NCBI GenBank assembly: GCA_022813865.1
Contig: JALDZX010000018.1
Span: 310,001 to 374,000, forward strand
Direction of reading: 5' to 3'
DNA from: Xylographa opegraphella
Lineage: Eukaryota
DNA length: 64,000 bases
The translations under genes and the position numbers were made by a program. A model generated the notes under the pieces. That model saw only the letters and a list, made by a program, of their open reading frames with translations. It was not told the origin of the DNA and did not search any database. Position 1 is the first letter of the stretch. Each line of letters begins with the position of its first letter. Shown here in pieces: positions 24,391 through 36,573 of the stretch.

Positions 24391-26084
24391 TCACAATCCC
24401 TCCACCGCAATCACAGGCGCATACAACGGACAAATATAATCCACCACGATCTGCCGAATCGTAACCTCACCAAACAGGCCATTCGGGCCCAGATCCCCCA
24501 GGTCCACATCCAGATGCGAGCCCAAGCGCGGCCACCCCGGCCCACCCGTCGGGTTCTTCGCGAACCGCGCCCACGCCGTCTGCATGTACGAGCTCAGCGC
24601 GACCTCCTGGGCCGTGGCGCCGGCGGTCGGGTACGTGCCGAACACGAGCGGGATCTCCGAGGAGTGGTACACGCCGGCGTCCGGGAAGGTCTGCGTGTTG
24701 GGGAAGCTGGCGTTGAAGTAGTAGCGCCAGGCGTCGTAGCCCGACGTCGAGGCGAGGTTGGCGAGCGCCGAGGTGGGGCAGAGGAAGGTGGCGTCGGTGA
24801 TGATGGCTGCGATGGCGAAGTAGGGGGTCTGATAGACGGAGAGCGGGTACGCGGCCGCGATGGCGGCTTGGAGGGCGGGCAGGCCCGGAAAGTTGGTGGC
24901 GAGGAAGGTGGTGATGTTCAGGGGCTCGTCGAGGCCGTCTTCGGCGGCGAAGGGGCGCCCTTCGTTGGCGTTGGTACCGATAAGGATGGGAACTTGCGCG
25001 GCAGTGTGGGAGGTGATGGCGAGGGCGACGTTGCCGGTCTCGGTCTTGTTGTCGACGGTCGGAGGAAAGGAGAGCGCCGCGTGCTCAATAACGCTCTTGA
25101 TCTTGGTGGCGGGGACGGCGCGCACGCAGTTTATCTGGGACGTTGCGGCGGTGCAACCGACTGCCGCGACCAAGGTTTCCCATGATGCTGGTCCCGAGCC
25201 CGTGAATGCGGCTGCTTCGCTTTCGAGAATGGCGGCCCGGAATGGAAGGGGAGACGGGGGCACACTGAAGAGCTCTTTGACAGAGTAGCCGCCAGCTGAC
25301 TCGCCGAAGATGGTAACCTTTTTTGGGTCGCCACCGAATTGCTTGATGTTCTGCTGGACCCATTGCAGAGCCATTCGCTGATCGAGGAAGCCGGCGTTTT
25401 GGGAGTCTATAGGGAGTTGAGGGGACGATGAGAATCCGAACACTGGACGAGCTCAGTGGCTTGTCCAGAGTTCTCCTTATGAATAAGGTGCTTACCATTC
25501 GTTCGATAGTTATGAGTTACGAGAACCACATCTTGATTGGCCGCAAATGATGAGCCATCGTAGGGCGGAATATTTGCAGTCCCGAACTGCAGATTGCCCC
25601 CATATATCCAGAACATAACAGTCCTGCCTGTTGCTGGGGCGGGACTGGCAGGTGTGTAGACATTCAGGTACAGGCAGTCTTCGCTTTCAACTGGAGGTGG
25701 TCCTCCAGGGTTGTTGAACACCGCCATAGTGAAGTTTCTCGATGGCTCAGGGTCTATACGAAAGTTAGAAGCTCGTGTGTCAACTTTCCATGCCGACAAC
25801 TCACAGTTGAATTGCTGTATACATGCGTCCTTGAGGGTCGCGGCATTTATTGGTTTGGACCATGACGCCGGGGCTGATGGAGGAGAGAATCGCTGCGGCG
25901 GCGACGCTGCGAATGGTATGCCAAGGAATTTATTGACTGCGACTGTTGCTGATGGTAGCGTCGTTGTAGTTCCAATAACTACTCCAGACGATATGGTTAC
26001 AGTGGGAATTGCAGCAGAGACAATCTGAACAACTAGCAGTAGAGAACACAAGGAAAGAGCGGTAAGAGGAGATTGAAAATGCAT
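24391..26084 (-). CDS. Secreted type-B carboxylesterase/lipase
   Basis: Signal peptide, FLGIPFA, SEDCLYLNV, WIYGG, NYRT, FGGDP..VTIFGESAG, HSSEIP; two introns. Confidence 0.93.
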
Positions 26085-27177
26085 TCTGTAATATCCGTCG
26101 AGCAGATGCGTACTCCCGAGTTCTTTATGCAGCAGAGACAGAGAAGAGAAAGGAGCAGATCAAGGGCCAGAGAGTAAAAAGAAACATAGGTTTCCACTCG
26201 AAGAAGAGGGGGAGCTTCATGACGAGAAGAGTTTTACCCAGTCTATCGAACGGCCGCGTGCACGAGCGCCGAGGTTATTGGCATTGCTACATAGCAGTAC
26301 CTGAGAACGGACAGCGATACCGAGGCTCACCATGGCAGAAGACGAGTGTAAAGCCATGAGGCCCAACCGCGAAGCGATCTCCCATGAATTGGTGGATTGC
26401 CTCTAGATTCCGAAATGCGGGGTTGGTGTTAGAATGAATATCCACAACTGCAAAATGAGTGGCCACTCAGTTTTCAAAGTGACCAGAGAACCTGCCAATA
26501 ACAGAACCCCTCTTCCGTACCTACCTTATTGGACTGTGGCGTTCGAGGTCGAACTTGTCATCTTCGGCGCTGGTGCGATGGTGCGAGAGCTCGGATACAC
26601 TCGGACTTATTAACATGGTGAGCCGATTCGCTCTTGGTCGACAGTCAGGTATGAGTCTTGATTGTTCGTTCTCAAACATCATACTTCTTTTAAGACCCTG
26701 AGCCACGAAGAAAGTGTTGAACATTCAGCACCTTGGTTGGCGAGAATAAGGCGTGTATTCCGATTGGTTCAGGATTTGTGACACTAGATCTTCAGTATTA
26801 ATTTATACTTATCTTACCCAGACTCAAGATATTGGGTTCATTTTTGCTTTGAGTTTATTCTGCTATGCATAGCAACATAGACTCTACCTAAGTCCCGTCC
26901 ACTCTTCAGACAACACTCCAATAACAGGAGTATCCTGTTTTACTGTTAGCCGCGAGAATACATGCTATAAAGAAAAGCTACAATTCTCTTCGCACGATGA
27001 GGACGTGCAGCCAATGTGAAGCTACACAGCTTGAAGTAGTAAACACAACTATTATTGGCCTGTATTTACCAGCCAGGCAAAAACGACCAAACACTGCCCA
27101 AACGCCATGTATTGCCATTGCTCAGAAAACAAAACGCCCCTCATCCTTTAGAAGACAATGCCAGTAAAAGTCATTCA

Positions 27178-27665
27178 TCAAATAACATAATGTCGCACCA
27201 TAGGTTCCACGAACCCTTTATCGATAGAAATATTCTCGGCCTGGTAGAAATCACAGCCCCCTAATCTGCACACATAATGTATCTGTCTTGCCCTGTATGT
27301 TTCCGGGCCCGAGATCTGTCTCTTGCTTGATTCACCGCAATCGCACAGCGGGTTCGTCGGATCGTTGCCTCGCTCGTCTACGAAGCAATGGAACTTGTCG
27401 CAGCGGACGCATTTGTAGTATGGACGTCCCGCATTGCCCTTTTTATTGGACAGGCTTGTAAAGAGCTTGTCGGTCGGCCGTCCGCAGAGAATGCATTTCG
27501 GCGCTTGCGTAGGGGCGGGGGTCAAGGTGAATTGGGGCCGCGAATCACTGGGCTAGTACACACTTCAGAGGTTGCCATAAAATAGCTAGTCATTTAGGTC
27601 GCATGTTGACTTACAGCCGTAAACTCAACCTGGCGGTCGGAAGGGGTACTGAAGCACTGCCCCAT
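27178..27665 (-). CDS. Small tandem GRF-type zinc-finger protein with MGQCFS N-terminus
   Basis: CILC...NAGRPYYKCVRC and CDC...YVCRLGGCDFY; exon 1 27665-27615 joins in frame via intron 27553-27614 (GTAAGT...TAG). Confidence 0.65.
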
Positions 27666-28951
27666 GGAGACTGTATCAATGTAGATGTAGACCTAACCTT
27701 GCTTGTTGTATAAGCTCTAGGGAGTTAGTAAGTTTGACCTGAGCAATGAGCGCTCATTGTTTTATAAGGATAATCCGTAGGTACAGAAGTATCTAGGTAG
27801 ACATGGCGAAGAGCCCATCGATACGCCCAGACATCACGATGCTGGTAGCAGAAGGTGCTGAGCCAGGCTGAGACGGGGCGCAGGGGACAACAACTTTCGG
27901 AATAATTGATGCCGCAATGCCCGATGTAACCCCCCAACGGAAGTACATAAAACCGGTCGGAGCTCCAGGTCTCTCATTATTTCACAGGTTTCGAAGGCAA
28001 GGCTGGTGTTACACAAAGGACTGTAAAAAGCTTGGTTGACCAATCAGCCTCGTCAGCATGTATGCAGGGGAAATGGATATGATAACGACCTGATCACAGC
28101 TAAGAATAGGCGAGGCTTCCATTTCATTCGTGAATGAGTTGTAGTGAGTGAAGTAAAGGGCGCATACGCTTCCGTGAGAGTCTGGGGCGCTGGCAAGGCT
28201 GGACTTCCTATCTCAATAACCTCTTTTTTCTCTTAATTAAACCTCGGTACTAACGTATCTCGCGAGGCTGAGACTGAAGACCAGTTTCCTAAATACGAAT
28301 CTGGAAATCGATACAGCTTCTATTCTATCAATAGGAAATCACAGCACTATATCAATCGACTTAACTAGTTCTCAAGCAAGATCTAGTGATTCTTCATTCG
28401 GATTGTTCTTACTTCCCAGCCTGATCATTTCGGATTTTCGAGCACGGTCAACTTGAGGCTCTGAATACGTTAGTGTGCACATTAACGGCTCAGCCGTGGC
28501 ACAGCATAATAATGCTGCCAACTTCGGAGGTGACCAGTATTCGTGTGTGTTAATCACCTGCGGGTTATTTTCAAGCTAGCTGTCCTGCATGCAGGTGCTT
28601 TTATCGAGTTTACCTAGGATACAATCGTCCGAGGTACCTTAGCCTATCATTTAGACTGCTCAGCCTCCTGCTTACCAAGACCCTCACGCAAAACTTAGCA
28701 ATGGTCAGGCATGAATGTTGTCTCGCCTCTTTGGACGGGACACTTTGTATGCATGCAGTTGAGTCGAGATGTATATCCCTGTTTTTTCGTCCCCCGCATA
28801 CCTCCTACTCTAGATAGTCTACAATTCCTTCCAGGGGCCATCAGGCTGAGACGTTCCTCGGTCTTAAGAAATGATTTTGCTCAATTTCAGTCCCTCCCCC
28901 CTTGGGCTCTGAAGGCACACTTCTTTTTAACTGTCATACACTTTTTGCATC

Positions 28952-30725
28952 ATGCCAGCACACTCTCCTTTCAATGTCAGCCAGCTAAGTCATCTTCCGT
29001 TAAACATCAAAAGCGATGATCTCGAGGTGGGCAGTAAAGCTCTGTTGCAGGGCAGCAAAGCCATCTTGCAAGTGATCGATGCACCCTTCGACGGTACGAC
29101 GCCGCGTGCGCTTGCTCGTTTCTGCTTCGGCGATAATGTTGCTGAGGGGCTGGAAAGCCTATCTCCACACAGCAGTAATACCGCCAGGATTCTGGAATTT
29201 ACTGTCCACTCTGACTTCCTCATCACTGGTCTCAGAGATACAAAAGGTCCAGAGTCAACCAGGCCCGCTAGAGATGCGTTGATCAAATACCTGCAGGACA
29301 CATACACCCGCCCGTTCGAAGAACGGCAGGTTTTCCGATGGCTTAACGATCCTCTTCTCGTAAATGATATCGGCAGTATCTCCTCTCAATGGTCCCAGCA
29401 TTTGGGCGGCAAGAACAAGAATTTGTACCGACTTGTGAACCGGACGAGCTTGCAGCAGCATCCATTGGACCTTGATCTCCGTCCAAGAGACTCATACTTG
29501 ACTTGTGTTCAAGATGCCGATGACCGGCTGATAGGTAAGTGCTTTTCTTTGACTTTCATTTGTTGCTTACCGGCTTTCAGTCATCGTAGTCAATGATGTC
29601 TGGTCCGATCAGTTTTTTGCCCCCAATGGAAGCTCCGGTGACCGGCTTCTATTTCAAAACCCGCGCATGACCGCAAGTATACTGGATGGAAGCAGTTGGA
29701 CCGCCTTCGGTGATGGGTCTTTGCACACTTTCGCCAGGCTTTTGGTCTTGGATTTCTTCCTTTCGTCCATCTATTTGCAGAGAGTGGATTTCTTTGGACG
29801 TCTTATTTACCCACAGTTGTCAAGTAAAGAACGCCTGAAATTCTCCCTCACTAGCAACCCTCATCTTCAAGTACCGCTGGGGCTCTTCGAACCTCGTATA
29901 TCGGCCAAGCGCAAACAAGCTTTCCAGGAAATAGAAGATGCGGAGGGTATCCTAAGAAGCGTCAATAACCTGGTTGACTCCATTGACTATGTCGTTGAAG
30001 CTCTCAAGCCAGACAACATCGTTGGAACGCAGGAGCCCGCCCGCACGATACGCAAGAGATATATGCAGGAGCTTGACGGACTATGCAAAGAACGCCGTAA
30101 GAACGCGGAGAGAGCCCTGGAGGCTTTGAACCGCCAGCTCGATTACCTTACGAAGAGATACTCGATCCGCGAGGCGGACAGTATCAAAAGACTGACAATC
30201 CTGGCCTCCATATACTTGCCGTTGTCTCTTGCAGCCTCTTTGCTAGGTATGCAAACCCCATTCAGGGCGATAGCTCACAACCAAACACAAGAGAAACAAG
30301 ACCTCGACGGAACCAACCTGCTGTTCGACTTCTTGGGGGTGTTTATCATACTGGCCTCTGCCACTATCTTCATTCTACAAATAATCAGGCTCGGGCTTTG
30401 GCTCAAGTATTATGGGCTGGGATATATATCGAAGAAATTCAGCGGCCCGTTTTCGATCTTCTACTACGGGAGGAAGTGGAAGTTTGGTGAACGAGGCGGC
30501 AAAATCTTCGACGTAGTCCGTGTTTTCGCTGCTTGGTGGCTGGGTGCTGGTCTCCTTATCTGTCTCTTGGTAATATTCATCTTCGGCATGCTGAAGAACA
30601 GTCAGGCCGCATGGAACTCTGCATGGAGACTTTTCACAGCATATTGTGTGGTCGGAGGGGTCTTTGGTATTGTTTACATCGTTCTTTATTGGTACTTGTA
30701 TCAGAAAAGGTTTCGAGTCAGTTGA
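28952..30725 (+). CDS. Fungal protein with C-terminal CorA-like transmembrane module
   Basis: SIKRLTILASIYLPLSLAASLLGMQ plus further TM helices; intron 29534-29612 joins ORFs 28952 and 29667 in frame. Confidence 0.7.
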
Positions 30726-31814
30726 AATTTTTGCCCTTTGCTACAGTCTGTATCTTGATCAATCAATTAAACTCGTTTCCTATTTGTTAATTTCTGGAAA
30801 GTCAGTAAGGAAACCTCTCGTCTTTCCATGTTGTGGAGTTGTACTAGGCCGGAGCCCGGGTAGGGTATGACGGCAATGGGTTAAATCACCTGTTCTGGGC
30901 CTAGTGTAACACATTGAATTTCTTGCTAAAGGTCCCTACTAAAGGCGCAGTTAAGCGGATTTTACTACTCCGTATGGAAACCGGGAATGCTTATCTGTAC
31001 GACACGTCCTTTTACTCCGTTTATAAGTAAATATTAACCCCCTGTGCATGCGCCGTACTGATCTCGTACTTAGCTAGGTAGAGGACAAGTGCATGAGCCC
31101 TGCCCCATCCATCGAGCTTGTAGCGCATCGCTGCTTTTCCACCCCGCGCTTCTTCCAATTTTTGCCGCGCATACGTCGGCTGGCGTTGAGGGGCCGAGAC
31201 GCGAATCCACTGCAAAGGACCTTTTAGCTGAGATCGCCGTGCCGCGGACTAGTTGGGGTGGAGAAAACGGATTGCCGCGAACCTACCGCTTTCGGGAGGA
31301 AAGTCTGGACTGGCATCAGGTAGGTAGGTTTGGAATATCATCGATGAGCTCACGTGCTGGAGCGTCCGCGGCGGATGTTCGGGCTAAATAGAGCCGGATG
31401 CTTGAACGCGTGGTGTTGTCGCAGGGTGATGTATTCCAACGAGAACGCCGGAAACGTCCCGGGTCATGGACCAAGGTCGACTTCAGATGGCTAGCATACA
31501 GGCCAAAAACCTATCCCGGGATGGAACTGCTTGATACAACATGTTCAAGCTATCGGCCATGCAAAGCTACTTCTAGCAGGTTTGGCAACTACTACGGTGC
31601 AAGCCCTGCAAGGAATAATTAGTTGAAGTCATACATTATGTAAATGGTGTATAATCCACACAGTATATTTCATGCCCTTCGACTTATGCAATACGGAATT
31701 ATTGTGCGCCATTATTTTTTATTGCATCTCAGTAATACCTATACTAGGTAGTAATGCTACAGCCTTTTCCAAAAGAGAGCAAACTTCCGCGAACCCTTTG
31801 GTCCCTTGCAGAGC

Positions 31815-32820
31815 TCATTTTGTAGACATCACTCGAACGAGCAGTTCCTCCAGCTGGGCAGCCACGAACTTAGGATTGTCCTTTTGGATAAAGTGGACGC
31901 AGCCTGGAGCAATCACAACGCCATGGCTTTTATCCTTATCCGTCAAGCATAGTAATCCTTCGTTGTATTCATTCCAGCCGCTGTCATAGAAAAGCTTTAG
32001 CCACACACTTTAAAACATGTCAAGCGGACCTACAGATTCGAGAACCGTGTAATCAAGCTTCGGGGATCTTCATCATCTTCAGACTTTCTTCCGCGAATGC
32101 CTCAGGATCGTGGCCGACTACAGTCAACCACAACCCATTTCCGTCCGGTCCTATCAGCTTTGGCGCTCCTGGTTCCGGCAACAGCTTTTTAATATTGCGT
32201 CTGTCCAGGCCCTCGGGGTTCTTGACATCGGCACTGAGCATTTTGAGCAATTTGGCACATGCTTCGTGATACTGCTCCTACGTACAGTCGTCTGCAACAA
32301 CGTCCCCAGGGTCGAAGCCTGCTGCCTGCGCACTGGGCCAGAGATCCGAGAGTTCTGTGTTTCCGACATTCGAGTCCAAGATGAGAAGTCCGGCAACCTG
32401 TCGCGGATAGTGATGTGCGTACAAGCGAGCGAGATGGACACCGATGCTGGCGGCGACAAAGATCAAACGCCCAGGCTGTGAGCCATGCGGCTGCGGCGGC
32501 ACCACGGCTTGTAGAAGCTCATGGAGGTCTTTCGTCGCGTCCACAAAGTCATGGCCATAGCCGGGCTCTTTACCAGGCTGCTCGTCCAGGGGATCGCGAG
32601 CTGTGGTAGCACCCTGGCCGAAGCGGTCGTAGGTCAACATCTGCGGCTTATGGGCACCACCCGCCTCTTAGACCATCGCTATCACGGGTTTCGATGATGC
32701 TGCTGGCAGACCGAGTCCATTGATAAATACAATTGGTTTCAATTGCTCATCCTGATCTGGGCCCGAAAGGTCGTAGGCAATTTGAGCCTGTGGTTTCGAG
32801 GGAAGTGAAATGAAAGGCAT
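31815..32820 (-). pseudogene. Alpha/beta-hydrolase pseudogene
   Basis: VFINGLG, LTYDRFGQG, nucleophile elbow AASIG, GCVHFIQKDNP; in-frame TAA 32668-32670, TAG 32278-32280 and a 1-nt frameshift near 32060. Confidence 0.85.
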
Positions 32821-33521
32821 CTGATAGACTGCTGAGCTGAGCTTGTGTACACCAAACCGAGGTCGTATTTGATCACCAAAATCGAGGGGGAGATGTTGGA
32901 GGGGAAGGTTGTATTGTGTTCAGCTGTCAGAAGGATTGTGGATAGCCAGTGCTAAGGCCCAGGCCGCACCAGCTCGCGTTGTCTCAAATGACAGTCAAGG
33001 TCAAAGAACAGGGATTTACTGTTTGACTGCGCCCACTTTATATGTAAACTTTTCTCAGCTGGTAGGCCACAATCTCATCAACTCGATATGCTTTCCATCG
33101 ACCCCAAAGAACTAAGCAGGCGACGAGAGGCGTTGGCAGTGATGCTGATTGGGAAGCGCTTGTGCGGGAGGCGAAGACGGACGATGGAGAGTATGGAGGC
33201 GGGGATGAAAGCAAGCGACTAGTGAAAGGAGAAGTAGACTAGAAAAACAAGGAGACTTTAGAATAACATTCTGATGGGACTCGTCAATTTTGAATATTGC
33301 CCCATAAGATTCAGTCTCATGGATGTTAAAAAAGCTTCAGCGAAAAGACAAAAGAAAAGTTCAAATCGATCCAAGCTGAACAACATTTCCGTGAGATTGG
33401 GTCGCACCTCGCACTCGCACTCCATCGAACCCGCAGCTGCTTACGCTGACAGCACACCAGTTGCGTCAGCGAGCATTCTTTCCCCGGCTGTCGCCTCAGG
33501 CCTCCCTCCTCCTTTCCCGCA

Positions 33522-34330
33522 CTAGGTCCAACTGACCGTCCCCGCCGCTGTAACCATCAAAATATCAGCCATAACCGCCGCCTCATCTCCCTCCACGAAA
33601 TTATACTGTCTCACCACCGGCACGATATGCCCCAGCGCGCGCTTGATATTCGCCAGCTCCTTCGGATCCATCAGCCGCCCTCGCTCCACCGGCGTGTAGA
33701 TGACCGCCCTCGCCGGACTGCCGACCTGCTGCATATAGGCGCTGAGTTTCTGCACCGAGCTTTTGTCGCCAGGCCCCACGTGCGCGACCACGATGCCTTT
33801 ATTGCCGATAACGGCGACGCCGGTGCAGCCGCAGATGGCGCTGGTTTCGATGCCTTGCTGCTGCGTGGGGAGGGGAAGGAATTTGGCGTCGTTCATTTTG
33901 ACTTGGATGTAGCCGACGTGAGGGGAGGCGGTGCGGTAAGAGGAGGAGCCGGAGCCGGAGCCGGAGCCGCTGGCGCGGGGGGAGAGTCGGGAGAGGGCGC
34001 GCTCGTAGAGGTTATCGAGGTCGCGTTCGTAAAAATCGGCGACGTCCGGTTCGTAGAGATTGTCGAAGTTCCGCTCGAAGAGGTTGTCGATGTCCCGCTC
34101 GTAGAGGTCGTTGATGTCTCGTTTGTAGAAGCCATCAACATCCCGCTCATAAAGCTTCTCACCGATAGCTCTCACAGGTAGTCTGGAGTAGCCAGCTCCG
34201 CTGAGAGGGATGTTAGCCGGAGATTAGATATGAGCCTGACTATTACGAACGGGGATGAGACATAAGCCTGCACATTCGCTGCCGCTAGGGCAATGGTTAC
34301 CACGAAGGGAATCGAACGAAGGAAATGCAT
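33522..34330 (-). CDS. Secreted protein: signal peptide, 7x LYERD-type pro-repeats, C-terminal Cys/His domain
   Basis: MHFLRSIPFVVTIALAAANVQA; intron 34201-34250 (GTTCGT...GCTAAC...CAG) joins in frame; motif GIETSAICGCTGVAVIGNKGIVVAHV. Confidence 0.8.
33999..34154 (-). repeat. 24-nt coding tandem repeat, 7 units
   Basis: LYERDVDG/FYKRDIND/LYERDIDN/LFERNFDN/LYEPDVAD/FYERDLDN/LYER. Confidence 0.9.
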
Positions 34331-35333
34331 GTTGAGAAAGAATAGGGAGAAAGTGGGGAACGGGCTTGAGTCGACAGTAGCGGCCTAGAAAGCAAAAGAT
34401 AGAAAGCTTTTGGTGAAGACTGAAATAATCAATGCTAGGTTTCACGATTGTACAGTAAAGAACTGGAGCTTGTTCGGAGGTGATATGAATTGCTTGCTAG
34501 AGAACATCTTACGAGCTTTTATAGAAATCAAGAGTTCTTTCAAAATAACCCCAACATTGAATATCAGCAATAGGATTCAGGGTTGTAGCAGCCTCTCTGT
34601 ATCCGCAGCACCAAGTTGTTATTGTCTGACCCAAGCTCGGCCTTATTGTGGCCGAATACAGACAACTTAGGACCGCAATTTCGTACCCCATGTTCAACTT
34701 GAAAATGAATTCCAGATACAATTTCACTCAACGCAGTATTAGTAAACAAGCCGAGCAATAACGAGCTGACAACTTCAGGAATGATGAAGCGACATAGCCC
34801 TGTCGTGCTTGTGTACTCGTTTCCATTCTTCTATACCGTACACAGCCGCAGCCCTCGTAATAACGAGACTCTTGATCCAACCACAAACCTTTTAAGGTTG
34901 TGTTACAAGACTGATATACGTTGGTGTATAAGCATCGCTCGGCCTATAGTGTGCTCCTTGGTAGAGAGTGAAACAAGCTCGCCACCCGAGTAGGTACAAA
35001 CTAGAGGCGGCAAGTGCGTGTAAGCCGCTACGGCTAACAAGCCGAGTTACCGCACCGCGTACGCCGCGGCTGAACGGGATGTCAGTCTTGGGAGTAAGGT
35101 AAGCCCTAAGATACCTTATTAACTATTCAAGGTTATGTGCCTTGAGCGGTTGTGCAATTTTCATCGTAGAAAGCGCTAGGTTTCAGGATTGACTTCGGAT
35201 TTAAACAAGCTGTAACATGAATAGTGACTGCGTTACCTATGTGCTTTAAGTTCTAGGTAAACAAGTTTAGAATGAGCTTGAACCAGACCATATCTCTCAA
35301 GGATCAAGATCTGTTCAGTCGTGACTTGTGAGG

Positions 35334-36251
35334 CTAGCCATCTTGAAGTAACTCAACGATACTGGCAAATCCCCAGCTTCGCGCGCGATCCAATGGCGTC
35401 CTACCTAACGTATCTTTGATATTCTTGTCCGCTCCCTTTGCTAGCAATGCGACAATCATGGCCTGATTCTTCGCCGTGACTGCGGCATGTAATGGAGTGC
35501 CAAGGCCTCGAGGACTCCAGGTTTTGAACAAGTGCGGGCTGTCCTCAAACTCGAGCCCGTTGATTGGCACACCTTTCTCCAGTAAATATTCATATATCGC
35601 CAATCTCCCGGGCTTGGTTCCCCGGGCTACGGCATGAAGTAGACTACCACGGCGCGGGTCTCCACCGTACTCGAACAACATCTTTGCTGTTTCCAGTGAC
35701 CCTCGTCCGGCTGCGCAGGTGAGCGGGGTCCAAGGGTGGTCGAGAGCATAGGCATTGCTCTTGGCACCATGCTCAAGAAACCAACGAACAAGTTGCAAAT
35801 CGTCCGTTTCAACTGCGTAACTGTGTCCTTCCAGTCAATCTCCGTCGGGTCAAAGCAAATGATCGGTGGGAGATTCAGCTTACGAAAGCGACGGTGGCGT
35901 AACATTCTCCCACAGTTGGTTAATCTTCCAGCCATGGCGGAGGAAAAGCTCTAATGAGTCTATTGATGATCGCCGGATTGCAGTCCTTACTGCAGGTTGA
36001 TCGCAACGAAATTCATGATCGAGGAGGTAGGAAACCATATGTAATTGACCGCCGTTGACCGCGGCTGCGAGTGCCGGATGGAACCAATACATAAGCCGTT
36101 CTTCGTCTCCACGCTCAGGGACAGGCTCGGGCATTTCCTTCCATTCTGCAAGAATGTCTTGGACAGCGTCAATGTTGCCATCGCTGGCTGCTTTGATGAG
36201 ACGCTGCAGTAGGCCATTGCCCGCATACCTTTCAAGAGCCCTAGATGGCAT
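35334..36251 (-). CDS. Ankyrin-repeat protein
   Basis: LVRWFLEHGA, TPLTCAA, LLHAVA, GTPLHAAV, GRTPLD; one intron near 35824-35883. Confidence 0.88.
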
Positions 36252-36573
36252 TCTTCTTTCAACAGACGATGCTCTTGCAGACTACTAAAGACAGTTCGAA
36301 ACCCTGAAGTTCGGTAGTTTTCGCATACCTGCTGCTGTCGTTTTCAGCAAAATCGGTAATCTCGAAGGATTCCTATGTGACACGTAGCTACTGTTGGCAA
36401 ACATTCCAAACTATAGTAGGTACTTACTAGTGCTTAGTTCGGATAGTCGCAGATATCATATTCGATTCAATCGTCCTCCACACAACCTCACCCTTTCCAG
36501 ATCTCCTCACCACTCTGTCGCCTGCCCACCAAACCACTCCACACCTCCCCTCTCCCCATCCCGGAAGAGGAAA

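Noticed and set aside
32278..32280. Editing or readthrough rescue of the hydrolase TAG
   Set aside because: The gene also has a TAA and a frameshift, so ordinary pseudogenisation explains it
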